Origin: Spirochaetota bacterium | Lineage (GTDB): Bacteria > Spirochaetota > UBA12135 > COTS27 > CBDBHE01 | Assembly: GCA_965205605.1 (NCBI GenBank) | Contig: CBDBHE010000002.1 | Location: forward strand, 107,944-171,943 | Direction of reading: 5' to 3' | DNA length: 64,000 bases | In this document: one piece after another, positions 11,126 to 20,046 of the stretch | Layout: the number at the start of each line of letters is the position of its first letter | How positions within the stretch are numbered: position 1 is the first letter of the stretch | Position numbers and translations under genes: made by a program | Notes under the pieces: generated by a model | The model's input: only the letters and a program-made list of their open reading frames with translations | The model's database searches: none | What the model was told of the DNA's origin: nothing

Positions 11126-11998
11126 ATGCATTTGCACCCTAGCTTTCTTTTTTTATTAACAGGTTTTTTATTTATATGGACTTGTGGGACTTGCTCAAAG
11201 GCTATTAGTAATCAGCAAAAAGTAAGTCAAGGGGGGCGTCATTTTAAAACATCCCTTTCAGAAGAAGCCTCAAAAGGTCTTGATTTAGAATCTCTTGTGG
11301 GAATTGTAAAAGAAGTCAAAACAGCAGAAGAGTTTGAGTCAACTCTTAATCAACCAAATGGGATTAATAATCTTGATCTTAATGGAGATGGGAAAGTTGA
11401 TTATATTAATGTAACAGAGTATGGCAGTAAAGCCAAAGCCAGTAAAGCGTATGGATTTTCGTTAACAACAGAAGTCGAAAAAGGTGAAGTCCAAGAATTA
11501 GCTACTGTTGAAATGACGAGTTCTGGAAATCAAGTGGATGTTCAAGTGGGAGGAAATGAACAGATTTATGGGAGAGGTTCTTATTATAATTCGTATTTTC
11601 CTGTTAGTTCTTTTTTACTGTGGTCTTATTTGTTAACACCACATCCTTTTTATGCCTCTCCTTGGGGATATGGTTATTATCCGGGTTCTTATTATCCGTA
11701 TTCGCGTGTGCCTTACGGGGCTTATTCTTCAAGAACAGAGCAGTATAAAAGAAATACAGGGGTGCAAAAAACATCTTCGTTAAAAAATACAGGTCTTAAT
11801 AATCCCAATAGAGGTAAAAGAGCCGATTCTGGGATTAGAAGAAGTCTTAAAAATCCAACGACTTCTCAAAAAAGTTTTCAAAGTAGGAATGTTAATCGAC
11901 GTGCCTCTAGTGGAGGTTTTGGGAGACGCTCTAGTTCGTTTAGAAGTGCTAGGGGTATTAATTCTTCATCGAGAAGTTTCGGTGGATTTGGGAAGTAA
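11126..11998 (+). CDS. Exported/lipoprotein with DxDxDG Ca-binding loop, Tyr/Pro-rich segment and RS/GGFG low-complexity tail (YjfM/DUF1190-like role)
   Basis: Hydrophobic N-terminus with Cys, DLNGDGKVDY, YGYYPGSYYPY, SSGGFGRRSS...FGGFGK. Confidence 0.6.
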   Translation: MHLHPSFLFLLTGFLFIWTCGTCSKAISNQQKVSQGGRHFKTSLSEEASKGLDLESLVGIVKEVKTAEEFESTLNQPNGINNLDLNGDGKVDYINVTEYGSKAKASKAYGFSLTTEVEKGEVQELATVEMTSSGNQVDVQVGGNEQIYGRGSYYNSYFPVSSFLLWSYLLTPHPFYASPWGYGYYPGSYYPYSRVPYGAYSSRTEQYKRNTGVQKTSSLKNTGLNNPNRGKRADSGIRRSLKNPTTSQKSFQSRNVNRRASSGGFGRRSSSFRSARGINSSSRSFGGFGK

Positions 11999-12003
11999 TT
12001 TTA

Positions 12004-12903
12004 TTGATGTTTGAATTATTAAAAAACACCATTATTCAAGATTATTTGGTTTTTGATGTTGCGTTTGAGTATATTCACTGGGAATCTTTAATTTTTGTTT
12101 TAGAGGCTTTTGTTTTACTTTATTTAGGCAAGTTGCTCCATGGTTTTTTTTCTCCTTATAAAGCAAATGAACAACTTGTTAAGTTAGATAATAAAGCGTT
12201 TTCGGTTTCTTTTTCAGGTTACATAATGGGAATTGGTTTAATTATTTTTAGTGTGATTAAAGAAGGGGAGACTTTTTCATTATATTTTGATTTATTTGAA
12301 GTTGCTTTTTGGAGTTTTGTTGGGATTTTACTTCTTAATTTATCAAGATTTATTAATGATCGATTGATTCTTTACAAATTTGATAATGTTAAAGAGATTT
12401 TAAAAGATAAAAATATTGGTACAGGAGCTGTTCAATTTGGAAGCTATTTTGGTTCGGCGATTGTTTTAAGTGCCTTGATTTCTCAACCAGCAAGTGATCC
12501 TTTTTTAATAGATGTTTTTAATACGATTATTTATTTTTTTATCACGCAACTCTTTTTTGTTTTATTTGGTTTTATTTATCAAAAAATAACAGTTTATGAT
12601 TTTCATGAAGAAATTGAAAGAGATAACGCAGCAGCAGGAGTTAGTTTTGGCTTAACCCTTGTGGCTATAGGCATTGTCATAGCGCATCCTTTAAAGAGTA
12701 GTTATGGTATTGTTTCTTTTTTCATTTGGTTTGTTAATGGAGTAGTTCTTTTAGCTTTATCACGTTTTTTAATTGATAAAGTAATGATTAGAGGGGTATC
12801 CTTAGAGGATGAAATTAAAAATGACCAAAATTGGGGTGTTGCTCTTTTAGAAGGTGGGATTGCGATTACGGTTGCTTTTATACTGCAGGCTTCTTTTACG
12901 TAA
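12004..12903 (+). CDS. DUF350 domain membrane protein (tandem domains)
   Basis: Repeated 'EI..DN.A.G' motifs (EQLVKLDNKA, EILKDKNIGTG, EEIERDNAAAG, EIKNDQNWGVA) between TM helices. Confidence 0.8.
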   Translation: MMFELLKNTIIQDYLVFDVAFEYIHWESLIFVLEAFVLLYLGKLLHGFFSPYKANEQLVKLDNKAFSVSFSGYIMGIGLIIFSVIKEGETFSLYFDLFEVAFWSFVGILLLNLSRFINDRLILYKFDNVKEILKDKNIGTGAVQFGSYFGSAIVLSALISQPASDPFLIDVFNTIIYFFITQLFFVLFGFIYQKITVYDFHEEIERDNAAAGVSFGLTLVAIGIVIAHPLKSSYGIVSFFIWFVNGVVLLALSRFLIDKVMIRGVSLEDEIKNDQNWGVALLEGGIAITVAFILQASFT

Positions 12904-12966
12904 TAAATAGTATTATCAAAAATTGATATATAAATAAGAGTGTAATTAAAAATTAATTTTAATTTT

Positions 12967-13758
12967 ATGGCTTTTTTTCTTGATACTAATCAAAAAAAGC
13001 AATTCGCTGGAATTTTTTTATTAGAAAAAATTATTAATGAAAAAAAAGCTTTTGATATTTTTTTAGAGAACAATGATAAAGATTTAGAGCCCGTTTTTGA
13101 GTACCTCATGATGCATTCGTATATAAAAATTAAAAATGAGAAATTTTACATAGAAACAGAAAAAGGAAACGATTTACTTAAAAAATTTGCACTTCGTTAT
13201 AGAGATTTTCTAAGATTTTTTGATATTTATAATGCAGTGGATTTAGCAGAAGGTGCTTTTGCTTTTGAGTCTTACTTTGACTTTGAAGTAGATCAACAGT
13301 GGCAGATTTTTTTACAAGATCAAAGATGGGAGGATCTTAGAATTGCTGTTGCTGTTTTTAAAAAAATTAATCCAATTGAAATTGTTTTTATGAGTTTTAT
13401 TCGAGAAAAGCGTTTTGGATTTACAGAGAAGTCTGGATGGCAATTTGATCTTCTTTTAGGTTCGGTTTGGGAAGAAATTTTAGATATTTGTAATACCGCT
13501 TTAAAAATGGAAGAGTTAGCTTATTTTGATGAAGAAATAAAGACGAATGTTAGTGGAGAAGAGGTTATTAAAGATATTATTATCCAAGGAGCTCAGTTGA
13601 ATAAAAAACTGTTTCAAAAAGAAGGAGAGAGAGACAATCAATTAAATGGTTTTTGTGGTTCTTTAGAAGAGATTAGAGAAAATATTTTAAAAACATATGA
13701 TAATTACTTAAATCCGTATTATCTTCCTGATTATTGGAAGGGAGGAATTTTAAATTAG
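12967..13758 (+). CDS. Conserved hypothetical protein (acidic, aromatic-rich) in Psp-like operon
   Basis: 263-aa ORF co-oriented within the operon; no family recognised. Confidence 0.6.
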   Translation: MAFFLDTNQKKQFAGIFLLEKIINEKKAFDIFLENNDKDLEPVFEYLMMHSYIKIKNEKFYIETEKGNDLLKKFALRYRDFLRFFDIYNAVDLAEGAFAFESYFDFEVDQQWQIFLQDQRWEDLRIAVAVFKKINPIEIVFMSFIREKRFGFTEKSGWQFDLLLGSVWEEILDICNTALKMEELAYFDEEIKTNVSGEEVIKDIIIQGAQLNKKLFQKEGERDNQLNGFCGSLEEIRENILKTYDNYLNPYYLPDYWKGGILN

Positions 13759-13764
13759 AGGTAA

Positions 13765-14190
13765 ATGATGACAGAAAATTTTGATCAAGTGTGTGTAAGA
13801 TCTAAAAAAGAAGATGGACTTGTTGATTTTTTAAGAGAAAGAGATTTTCAAGTAGAAATATTACAAGAAGATTTATTAAAGGTTTCTAGTCCAGAAATTA
13901 TTGATGTGTATATTCACATTAAAAACCAATCACTTTTTTTTGAAATAGAAATAGGGATCATAGAAAATTTTGCTAGTGAAGAACTGTATAAAAAATTACT
14001 TGATTTAAATACAGAGATTCTTCCTGTCAGTTTGGGCTTGGATACAACTTCATCAGAGAAGCCAAGACTTGTGATTGTTGAAAGCAGAGAAATCAAAAAT
14101 TTAGATGAAAATGAGATTCTTTGTGTTTTTGAAGCTTTTGAAATTGCTTCTGCTAAAGTAGAAGTTATTTTAAGCCAGTATATTAAATAA
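13765..14190 (+). CDS. YjfI/DUF2170-like (CesT/Tir chaperone fold) protein
   Basis: Small and acidic, with LYKKLLDLNTEILPVSLG and NLDENE, immediately upstream of pspA. Confidence 0.65.
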   Translation: MMTENFDQVCVRSKKEDGLVDFLRERDFQVEILQEDLLKVSSPEIIDVYIHIKNQSLFFEIEIGIIENFASEELYKKLLDLNTEILPVSLGLDTTSSEKPRLVIVESREIKNLDENEILCVFEAFEIASAKVEVILSQYIK

Positions 14191-14204
14191 AAAAGGAGAT
14201 TTTT

Positions 14205-14885
14205 ATGGGTGTTTTTTCTCGTTTGTTGAAAGTAGGTCAAGCAAAAGCAAATCAAATTGTTGATAATTTAGAAAAACCTGAAATTATGTTAGAACAAGCA
14301 ATTTTAGATCAGGAAAAACAAATTAGGCAAGCTAAGGCTAATGTACAACAAGTCATTGCTACAGAAAGGCAAACAAAAGCTCTTTTAGATAAAGAAGGTA
14401 ATGAAAAAACTAATTGGGAAGAAAGAGCTAAAGCTGCTCTTAAGGCAAATGAAGAAACTCTTGCTACTAAAGCCCTTCAGCGTTCAGAAGAACATGAAAA
14501 AAAAATGATCGCTTTACAACCCACTTGGGAAGTACAAAGAAAAGATGTGGAAAGCTTAAAGCAAGATATCCAAAAAATGGAAAATGAACTTGCAGAATTA
14601 AAGCGAGATAAAGATATTATTGTCGCTCAATCAAAAGCAGCTGAAGTTAAAAAAACAATTTATGAAGCAAAAGCTAAAATCGGTAAAAATTCTACAGCCG
14701 ATTTAATCGCTAGAATGAAAGCGAAATCTGAAAGACAAAATTTTGAAGCTCAAGCAGCTAAAGAACTTTTAGACGTTGGAGGAGACTCTTTAGAAAAAGA
14801 CTTTGAAAAAATTGAAAGAAGTGCTACAACCAATCAATCGATTCAAAATAAATTAGAATCTATGAAAAAAGAAATTGAGGGATAA
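14205..14885 (+). CDS. pspA: PspA/IM30 family protein
   Basis: MGVFSRL amphipathic helix, EKPEIMLEQAI, WEERAKAAL...LA..AL coiled coil. Confidence 0.92.
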   Translation: MGVFSRLLKVGQAKANQIVDNLEKPEIMLEQAILDQEKQIRQAKANVQQVIATERQTKALLDKEGNEKTNWEERAKAALKANEETLATKALQRSEEHEKKMIALQPTWEVQRKDVESLKQDIQKMENELAELKRDKDIIVAQSKAAEVKKTIYEAKAKIGKNSTADLIARMKAKSERQNFEAQAAKELLDVGGDSLEKDFEKIERSATTNQSIQNKLESMKKEIEG

Positions 14886-14899
14886 TGATTCTTTTCCAA

Positions 14900-15460
14900 T
14901 TATTTTTTTTCTTCTTCTTTTTCATATTTGATATAAATAGAAACTACAATACCAGAGATAGCTCCAAACAAATGTTCTTCCCAGGAAATCCATTGATTAA
15001 TAGGTAAAATACCAGATAATAAAGTCCCTCCATATAAAAAAGTAATTAGAAGACTAATAAATATTTTTCCAAATTGTTTATGTAACCATCCTGAAATAGC
15101 AAGAAATGTAATTAACCCGTAAACAACTCCACTAATGCCAATATGAGAACCATTTCTTCCAATGATCCAAACAAAAATTCCAGTGATCAACATAATAATA
15201 AAAAAAACTTTCCAAAAAAAATCTTTATAAAAAGAAATTAAAAAAAAAGACAAAATAAACAAAGAGATCGAATTACTTAAAAGATGTGCAAAATTTCCGT
15301 GAATAAAAGGAGAAGAGAAAATACCTATTAAACCTAGTTTGGTTCGAGGAATGAGTCCATATTGTTTAAAATTAACCATTGGCAAAAGTGCGTCAATAAT
15401 GAAAATGCCCCAGATAAAAATGATCAGGTAGGTTGATTTTTTTAAATTGTTGTAAATCAT
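14900..15460 (-). CDS. Rhomboid family intramembrane serine protease
   Basis: FIHGNFAHLLSN, HIGISGVVYG, ISWEEHLFG. Confidence 0.88.
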   Translation of the reverse strand: MIYNNLKKSTYLIIFIWGIFIIDALLPMVNFKQYGLIPRTKLGLIGIFSSPFIHGNFAHLLSNSISLFILSFFLISFYKDFFWKVFFIIMLITGIFVWIIGRNGSHIGISGVVYGLITFLAISGWLHKQFGKIFISLLITFLYGGTLLSGILPINQWISWEEHLFGAISGIVVSIYIKYEKEEEKK

Positions 15461-15551
15461 ATTGGTTTCTCTTAAAATGAAAATAAATTTTTATTATTAT
15501 ATAATACGATGAATAGTTTTTATTTTTTTCAAATCAAAATAAATAAGTCTA

Positions 15552-16199
15552 ATGAAATTTTTAATGATTAATCAATTATTATTAGTTAATTTAAAAATAA
15601 AAAAAATTACTTTACTTTTTTTTCTTACCTTTTTTTTACAATTGCTTGCTATCGAAATTCGATTAAAATCACCAGAACGCGTTTATTTAAAAAAAAATCG
15701 GATTTGTGTTGATTTAGAAACCACTGATAATATTTTGTCGGATGAAATTATAGAGTATTTGACTTACGGTATCCCTGTTTACTTTAATTATTTTATTTAT
15801 TTTTATGAGAAAAAATCTTTTTTTGATAAAATTTTAGTAAAAGTAGTGATTAGAAAGAAAGTGGAATATGATATTTGGTCAAAAACTTATTTTATTCGAT
15901 GTAAAAAAATTAAAGGATACCCTAAAAAAATAAAAAATATTCATGACTTACAACAGGAAGTCGTTGCCTTAAAAGGAGTTTCAGTTATTGATCAATCTGT
16001 TTTATCAAGAAAATCTAAATATTATTTTAAAACTAAAATGGGACTTATTATTAAGCGCTCTTTTTCTCCTTTCTATCAAATTTTTTTTAGTTTTTTTTCA
16101 GTTTTTAAATATAAAACTACTTTTTTTGATAGCATTCCTTATTCTTTTAATGAATTAAAAAATTTTTCAAAAAATAAAGTGAATTTAAACAAAAAATAA
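15552..16199 (+). CDS. DUF4390-like exported protein
   Basis: Signal/TM segment, L..GIPV.F.Y and YDIWSKTY pattern. Confidence 0.55.
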   Translation: MKFLMINQLLLVNLKIKKITLLFFLTFFLQLLAIEIRLKSPERVYLKKNRICVDLETTDNILSDEIIEYLTYGIPVYFNYFIYFYEKKSFFDKILVKVVIRKKVEYDIWSKTYFIRCKKIKGYPKKIKNIHDLQQEVVALKGVSVIDQSVLSRKSKYYFKTKMGLIIKRSFSPFYQIFFSFFSVFKYKTTFFDSIPYSFNELKNFSKNKVNLNKK

Positions 16200-16209
16200 A
16201 ATTTTATTT

Positions 16210-17241
16210 TTAAACATCTCTTACACAACGAAAACTTAAGTTACAACTAGAAGAATTAGGTGTATTTGAGGCTCTCGCACCAACACGGTAGCGATAACAA
16301 TAAGATGCATGGCAAAGATACGATCCTCCTTTAATGACCTTTAAATTATTTTTTTTAATTCCTAAAGGGTTTTTTGAAGAAGAGTTTGTGTGATAATTTC
16401 GGTCCCACCAATCATAGCACCATTCCCAAACATTTCCTGCTATATTATAAAGCCCAAAACCATTAGGTTCATAACTATCGACTGGAGCGGTTACTAAAAA
16501 GCCATCTTCTTTTTTGTTTTTTAAGGGAAACTGACCTTCCCAAATATTACACATCAGTTGGTTGTTTTTTTTAAATTGATTTCCCCAAGCATAACGTTTT
16601 TGTTCCAGGTTTCCTCTGGCAGCACACTCCCATTCGGCTTCTGTAGGCAGGCGTTTTTTAGCCCACTTACAGTATCTCAGAGCATCATTATAAGAAATAT
16701 GGACTACAGGATGATTCATTCTAGTTTTTATAGTGGATTTAGGGCCTTCAGGATGGTCCCAACAAGCTCTATTAACTTTAATCCACCATTCTTGTCCAGA
16801 GACAATATTTGAATTGTTATAAGCTTCTTTCATTTGTTTTTTTGATAAAAGCATCCAGAAAACAAACGAAGACCCCAATCTTTCTGCTTCTGTTAGATAA
16901 TGAGTGGCTTTAACAAATTCACTAAATTTTTCATTACTAACAACATATTTGTCAATATAAAAGGGATTTACATATACTTTTCTAGCAGGGCCTTCCCCGT
17001 CGCTTGGGTGAGTGTATTTTTCGTTACTACCCATATAAAAAGTAGTATCTTTAATGAAGACCATTTCTTTGGTGCAACCTTTATTGATACGATGCAGTTT
17101 TTCTTTGTTGCCAATAAAATTTAATTGAGCACAGGAAGAAAAAGATAAAGCAATTGTAGAATAGCCTAAAGAAGTTAAAAATTTTCTTCTATTAATATTA
17201 TTAGTGTTAAAGAGAGGATTTTTTTTAGGAGGAAAAGGCAT
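16210..17241 (-). CDS. Formylglycine-generating enzyme (SUMF1/FGE family) with Tat-lipoprotein signal
   Basis: HPVVHIS, RLPTEAEWE, GNVWEW, KGGSYLCHASYCYRYR (both catalytic Cys); N-terminal RRKFL...FSSC. Confidence 0.92.
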   Translation of the reverse strand: MPFPPKKNPLFNTNNINRRKFLTSLGYSTIALSFSSCAQLNFIGNKEKLHRINKGCTKEMVFIKDTTFYMGSNEKYTHPSDGEGPARKVYVNPFYIDKYVVSNEKFSEFVKATHYLTEAERLGSSFVFWMLLSKKQMKEAYNNSNIVSGQEWWIKVNRACWDHPEGPKSTIKTRMNHPVVHISYNDALRYCKWAKKRLPTEAEWECAARGNLEQKRYAWGNQFKKNNQLMCNIWEGQFPLKNKKEDGFLVTAPVDSYEPNGFGLYNIAGNVWEWCYDWWDRNYHTNSSSKNPLGIKKNNLKVIKGGSYLCHASYCYRYRVGARASNTPNSSSCNLSFRCVRDV

Positions 17242-17321
17242 TTTAAAGGTATTTTAGTATAAAAAAGCACTTAAAACTTTAAAAGATAGCCATCTTTTAA
17301 AAAATAATAAAAATGATAACT

Positions 17322-19625
17322 TCAATTATTCCTTAATTCTTTAGCAGCACTAACCATATTATTTAAAGCTTCTTTTACCTCAAGCCACTGCCTTGTTTTA
17401 AGACCACAATCAGGGTTGACCCAAATGTTTTCGGCAGGAAGTACGTCAGTTGCCTTTTTTAATAAAGTGGTCATTTCTTTTAAAGAAGGGACTCGAGAAG
17501 AATGCACATCATAAACTCCAGGGCCGATTTCATTTGGGTATTTAAAATTTGCAAAAACTTTTAAAAGCTCCATTTGAGATCTAGAAGTTTCAATAGAAAT
17601 CACATCAGCATCTAAATCAGCAATCGCTTGAATAATGTCATTAAACTCTGCATAGCACATATGGGTGTGAATTTGTGTGGTGTCTTTTACATTGGTATAG
17701 CTTAATTTGAAAGCTTTCACAGACCATTTTAAGTAACTTTCCCAGTCTTCTTTCCTAAGAGGTAGGCCTTCTCTTAAAGCAGGTTCGTCAATTTGAATAA
17801 TCGTAATCCCTTCTTTTTCTAAATCAAGGACTTCATCTTTTAAAGCCAGAGCAATTTGTTTAGCTGTTTTTTCTCTTGCTTGATCATCTCGTACAAAGCT
17901 CCATTGAAGCATTGTAATGGGTCCCGTTAACATGCCTTTAATAGGGCTTTTAGTTAAAGATTGTGCAAAAGTAGACCACTTTACGGTCATTGATTTGGTT
18001 CTTGAAACATCTCCGTATAAAACAGGGGGTTTGACACATCGACTACCATAGCTTTGCACCCATCCATTTTCTGTAAAAGTATATCCTTTGAGTTGTTCTC
18101 CAAAGTATTCAACCATATCGTTTCTCTCTGCTTCTCCATGAACAAGTACATCAAGCCCAATATTCTCTTGTTCTTTGATAACATTTTTGATTTCTTGTTG
18201 CATAAATGATTCATATGCTTCTTTAGAAACTTCATTTTTTTTAAATTGTCTTCTTATTTTTCTAATTTCTTTTGTTTGAGGAAAAGACCCAATGGTGGTG
18301 GTTGGGAAAAGGGGAAGGTTGTATTTTTCTTTTTGACTTTTTTGTCTTTTAATAAAATTAGAAATTCTACCTGTTTGGTTTGCTTCATCAGAATGGAGTC
18401 TTTTTTGAACCTCTTTATTATGAATAAGATAGCTTTTTTTTCTAGATAAATTATTTTTTTTATTTTCTTCTAAATCTTCTTTAAAAGAGTTTTCTTCTTT
18501 CGCCAAAGAAGAAAGGCAGATGACTTCTTTTAATTTTTCTTCTGAAAAAGAAAGCCAATTTTTAATCTCTTTATTAATTTTATTTTCGTGTCTAAGGGTC
18601 ACAGGAGAGTGCAATAAAGAGCAAGAAGGAGCTATCATTAATTGTTCTTTTGGAATGATGCTTGCTATTTTATTAATGATGTTTAAAGAGCTTACAAAGT
18701 TATTTTTCCAAATATTTCTCCCATCAACTACTCCAATTGACAGTTTTTTATCTTTTGGAAAGTGACGGCTAATGGTTTCCAATTCTCCTAATCCACGTAC
18801 TAAATCAACATGAAAAGCGTTAACAGGTAAGGAAAAAAATGCTTCTTTATTATTTTTTAAAGGACCAAAATAATTGGCTATTAATAAGTTTGTTTGGTTT
18901 ACAGCTTGATTAAATTTTCCGTAAGTTTTTAAAAATAAGTTTTTTATTTTTTCATTTAAATTAAGAGAAAAAATTGGTTCGTCAAATTGAATCCATTCAC
19001 AGTCTAGGTTTTCTAATTTTTTAATGATTTCTAGGTACGTTTGTGTTAGTTGGTCTAAAAGCTCAAATGAATCAAAAGAAGTGTCGTTATTTTCATTTTT
19101 ACCTAAAAACAAATAAGTTAAAGGACCAATTAAAACTACTTTACTAGAAATACTTTGATTTTTAGCTTCTTTAAATTCGTCAAAAACTTTATCAGAGGCT
19201 ATTTTAAATTTTCTTTTTTGATTAAATTCGGGAAGAATATAGTGATAATTTGTATCAAACCATTTACTCATTTCAGAAGCAAAGGTTGCCTTTTTTTCTT
19301 CACCTTTTTTTGAAAACCCTCTGGCAATGGTAAACGATAAATCTAAATTAGTTTGATTTTTATCCCAAGAAAAACGAGAAGGAATATTTCCAAGAAGACA
19401 AGTCATATCAAGTACTTGATCATAAAAACTAAAATCATTAGAAGGAATAAGGCTTATTCCAATATTTTTTTGAAATGCCCAGTTTTTATTTCTAATTTCT
19501 TTACCTACTTGTTGTACTTGATCAATCGTTGTCTCTCCTTTCCAGTAGGATTCGACTATTTTTTTGATTTCTCTTTTTTCTCCTATTCTAGGGTAACCCA
19601 AGTTATGAGTAATAAATGACGCCAT
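17322..19625 (-). CDS. metE: Cobalamin-independent methionine synthase
   Basis: LGYPRIG, KWFDTNYHY, TTTIGSFPQT, HTHMCY, NPDCGLKTR. Confidence 0.98.
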   Translation of the reverse strand: MASFITHNLGYPRIGEKREIKKIVESYWKGETTIDQVQQVGKEIRNKNWAFQKNIGISLIPSNDFSFYDQVLDMTCLLGNIPSRFSWDKNQTNLDLSFTIARGFSKKGEEKKATFASEMSKWFDTNYHYILPEFNQKRKFKIASDKVFDEFKEAKNQSISSKVVLIGPLTYLFLGKNENNDTSFDSFELLDQLTQTYLEIIKKLENLDCEWIQFDEPIFSLNLNEKIKNLFLKTYGKFNQAVNQTNLLIANYFGPLKNNKEAFFSLPVNAFHVDLVRGLGELETISRHFPKDKKLSIGVVDGRNIWKNNFVSSLNIINKIASIIPKEQLMIAPSCSLLHSPVTLRHENKINKEIKNWLSFSEEKLKEVICLSSLAKEENSFKEDLEENKKNNLSRKKSYLIHNKEVQKRLHSDEANQTGRISNFIKRQKSQKEKYNLPLFPTTTIGSFPQTKEIRKIRRQFKKNEVSKEAYESFMQQEIKNVIKEQENIGLDVLVHGEAERNDMVEYFGEQLKGYTFTENGWVQSYGSRCVKPPVLYGDVSRTKSMTVKWSTFAQSLTKSPIKGMLTGPITMLQWSFVRDDQAREKTAKQIALALKDEVLDLEKEGITIIQIDEPALREGLPLRKEDWESYLKWSVKAFKLSYTNVKDTTQIHTHMCYAEFNDIIQAIADLDADVISIETSRSQMELLKVFANFKYPNEIGPGVYDVHSSRVPSLKEMTTLLKKATDVLPAENIWVNPDCGLKTRQWLEVKEALNNMVSAAKELRNN

Positions 19626-19719
19626 TTTTTTTTCCTTAAATTAATACATTATCATATAATGATACAATAATATGATTTTTTTGCTTAAAAAAACTATTTA
19701 TTTTTAGCAAGAATTTTTT

Positions 19720-19830
19720 GAGAAACAATCGTATTGCCGATTGTTTTTTGTAAGCCGCAAGTCGTTGCTTTCCTCCAAATTTGAGGGAGGTTTCGAAACT
19801 GTCTTCCTTCAACGAATGCTTTGAATGTAG
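19720..19830 (-). promoter_or_regulatory. Unassigned structured element (candidate cis-regulatory RNA plus hairpin) upstream of metE
   Basis: Nested inverted repeats tcgttg/caacga, cctcc/ggagg and gtttcgaaac, plus a perfect aaacaatcg/cgattgttt hairpin, in otherwise very AT-rich intergenic DNA. Confidence 0.4.
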
Positions 19831-20000
19831 TTTAATACTCAGAATTAGTTATAATAGTAAAGCTAGTTTTATATGACTAATAAAATAAATAAGCTTCTTA
19901 AATTTTTTGATATTATTAAGGGCTATTCACAAAAAATCTATGAAAAAGGAAAAAAATACAAGAAAAGCTCTTCTCTTTAGAAGTTGACTTGGTAATTAAA

Positions 20001-20009
20001 TGATATAAT
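20001..20009 (+). promoter_or_regulatory. Extended -10 promoter for the sulfatase gene
   Basis: tgatataat ~38 bp before the GTG start; TTGACT upstream at 19984. Confidence 0.45.
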
Positions 20010-20046
20010 ACCAAGAGGCTTAAAATATTTTTTAAATGAAGCAGCG

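Noticed and set aside
19795-19825. SRP RNA (gaaggaagacag on the minus strand resembles GGAAGGAAGCAG)
   Set aside because: The required upstream CAGG and the helix-8 pairing are absent.
11091-20009. Two promoters with TTGxxx-N14-TATAAT spacing (11091 and 19984) as a novel promoter class
   Set aside because: Only two examples in very AT-rich DNA, and both are explained as ordinary extended -10 (TGn) promoters.
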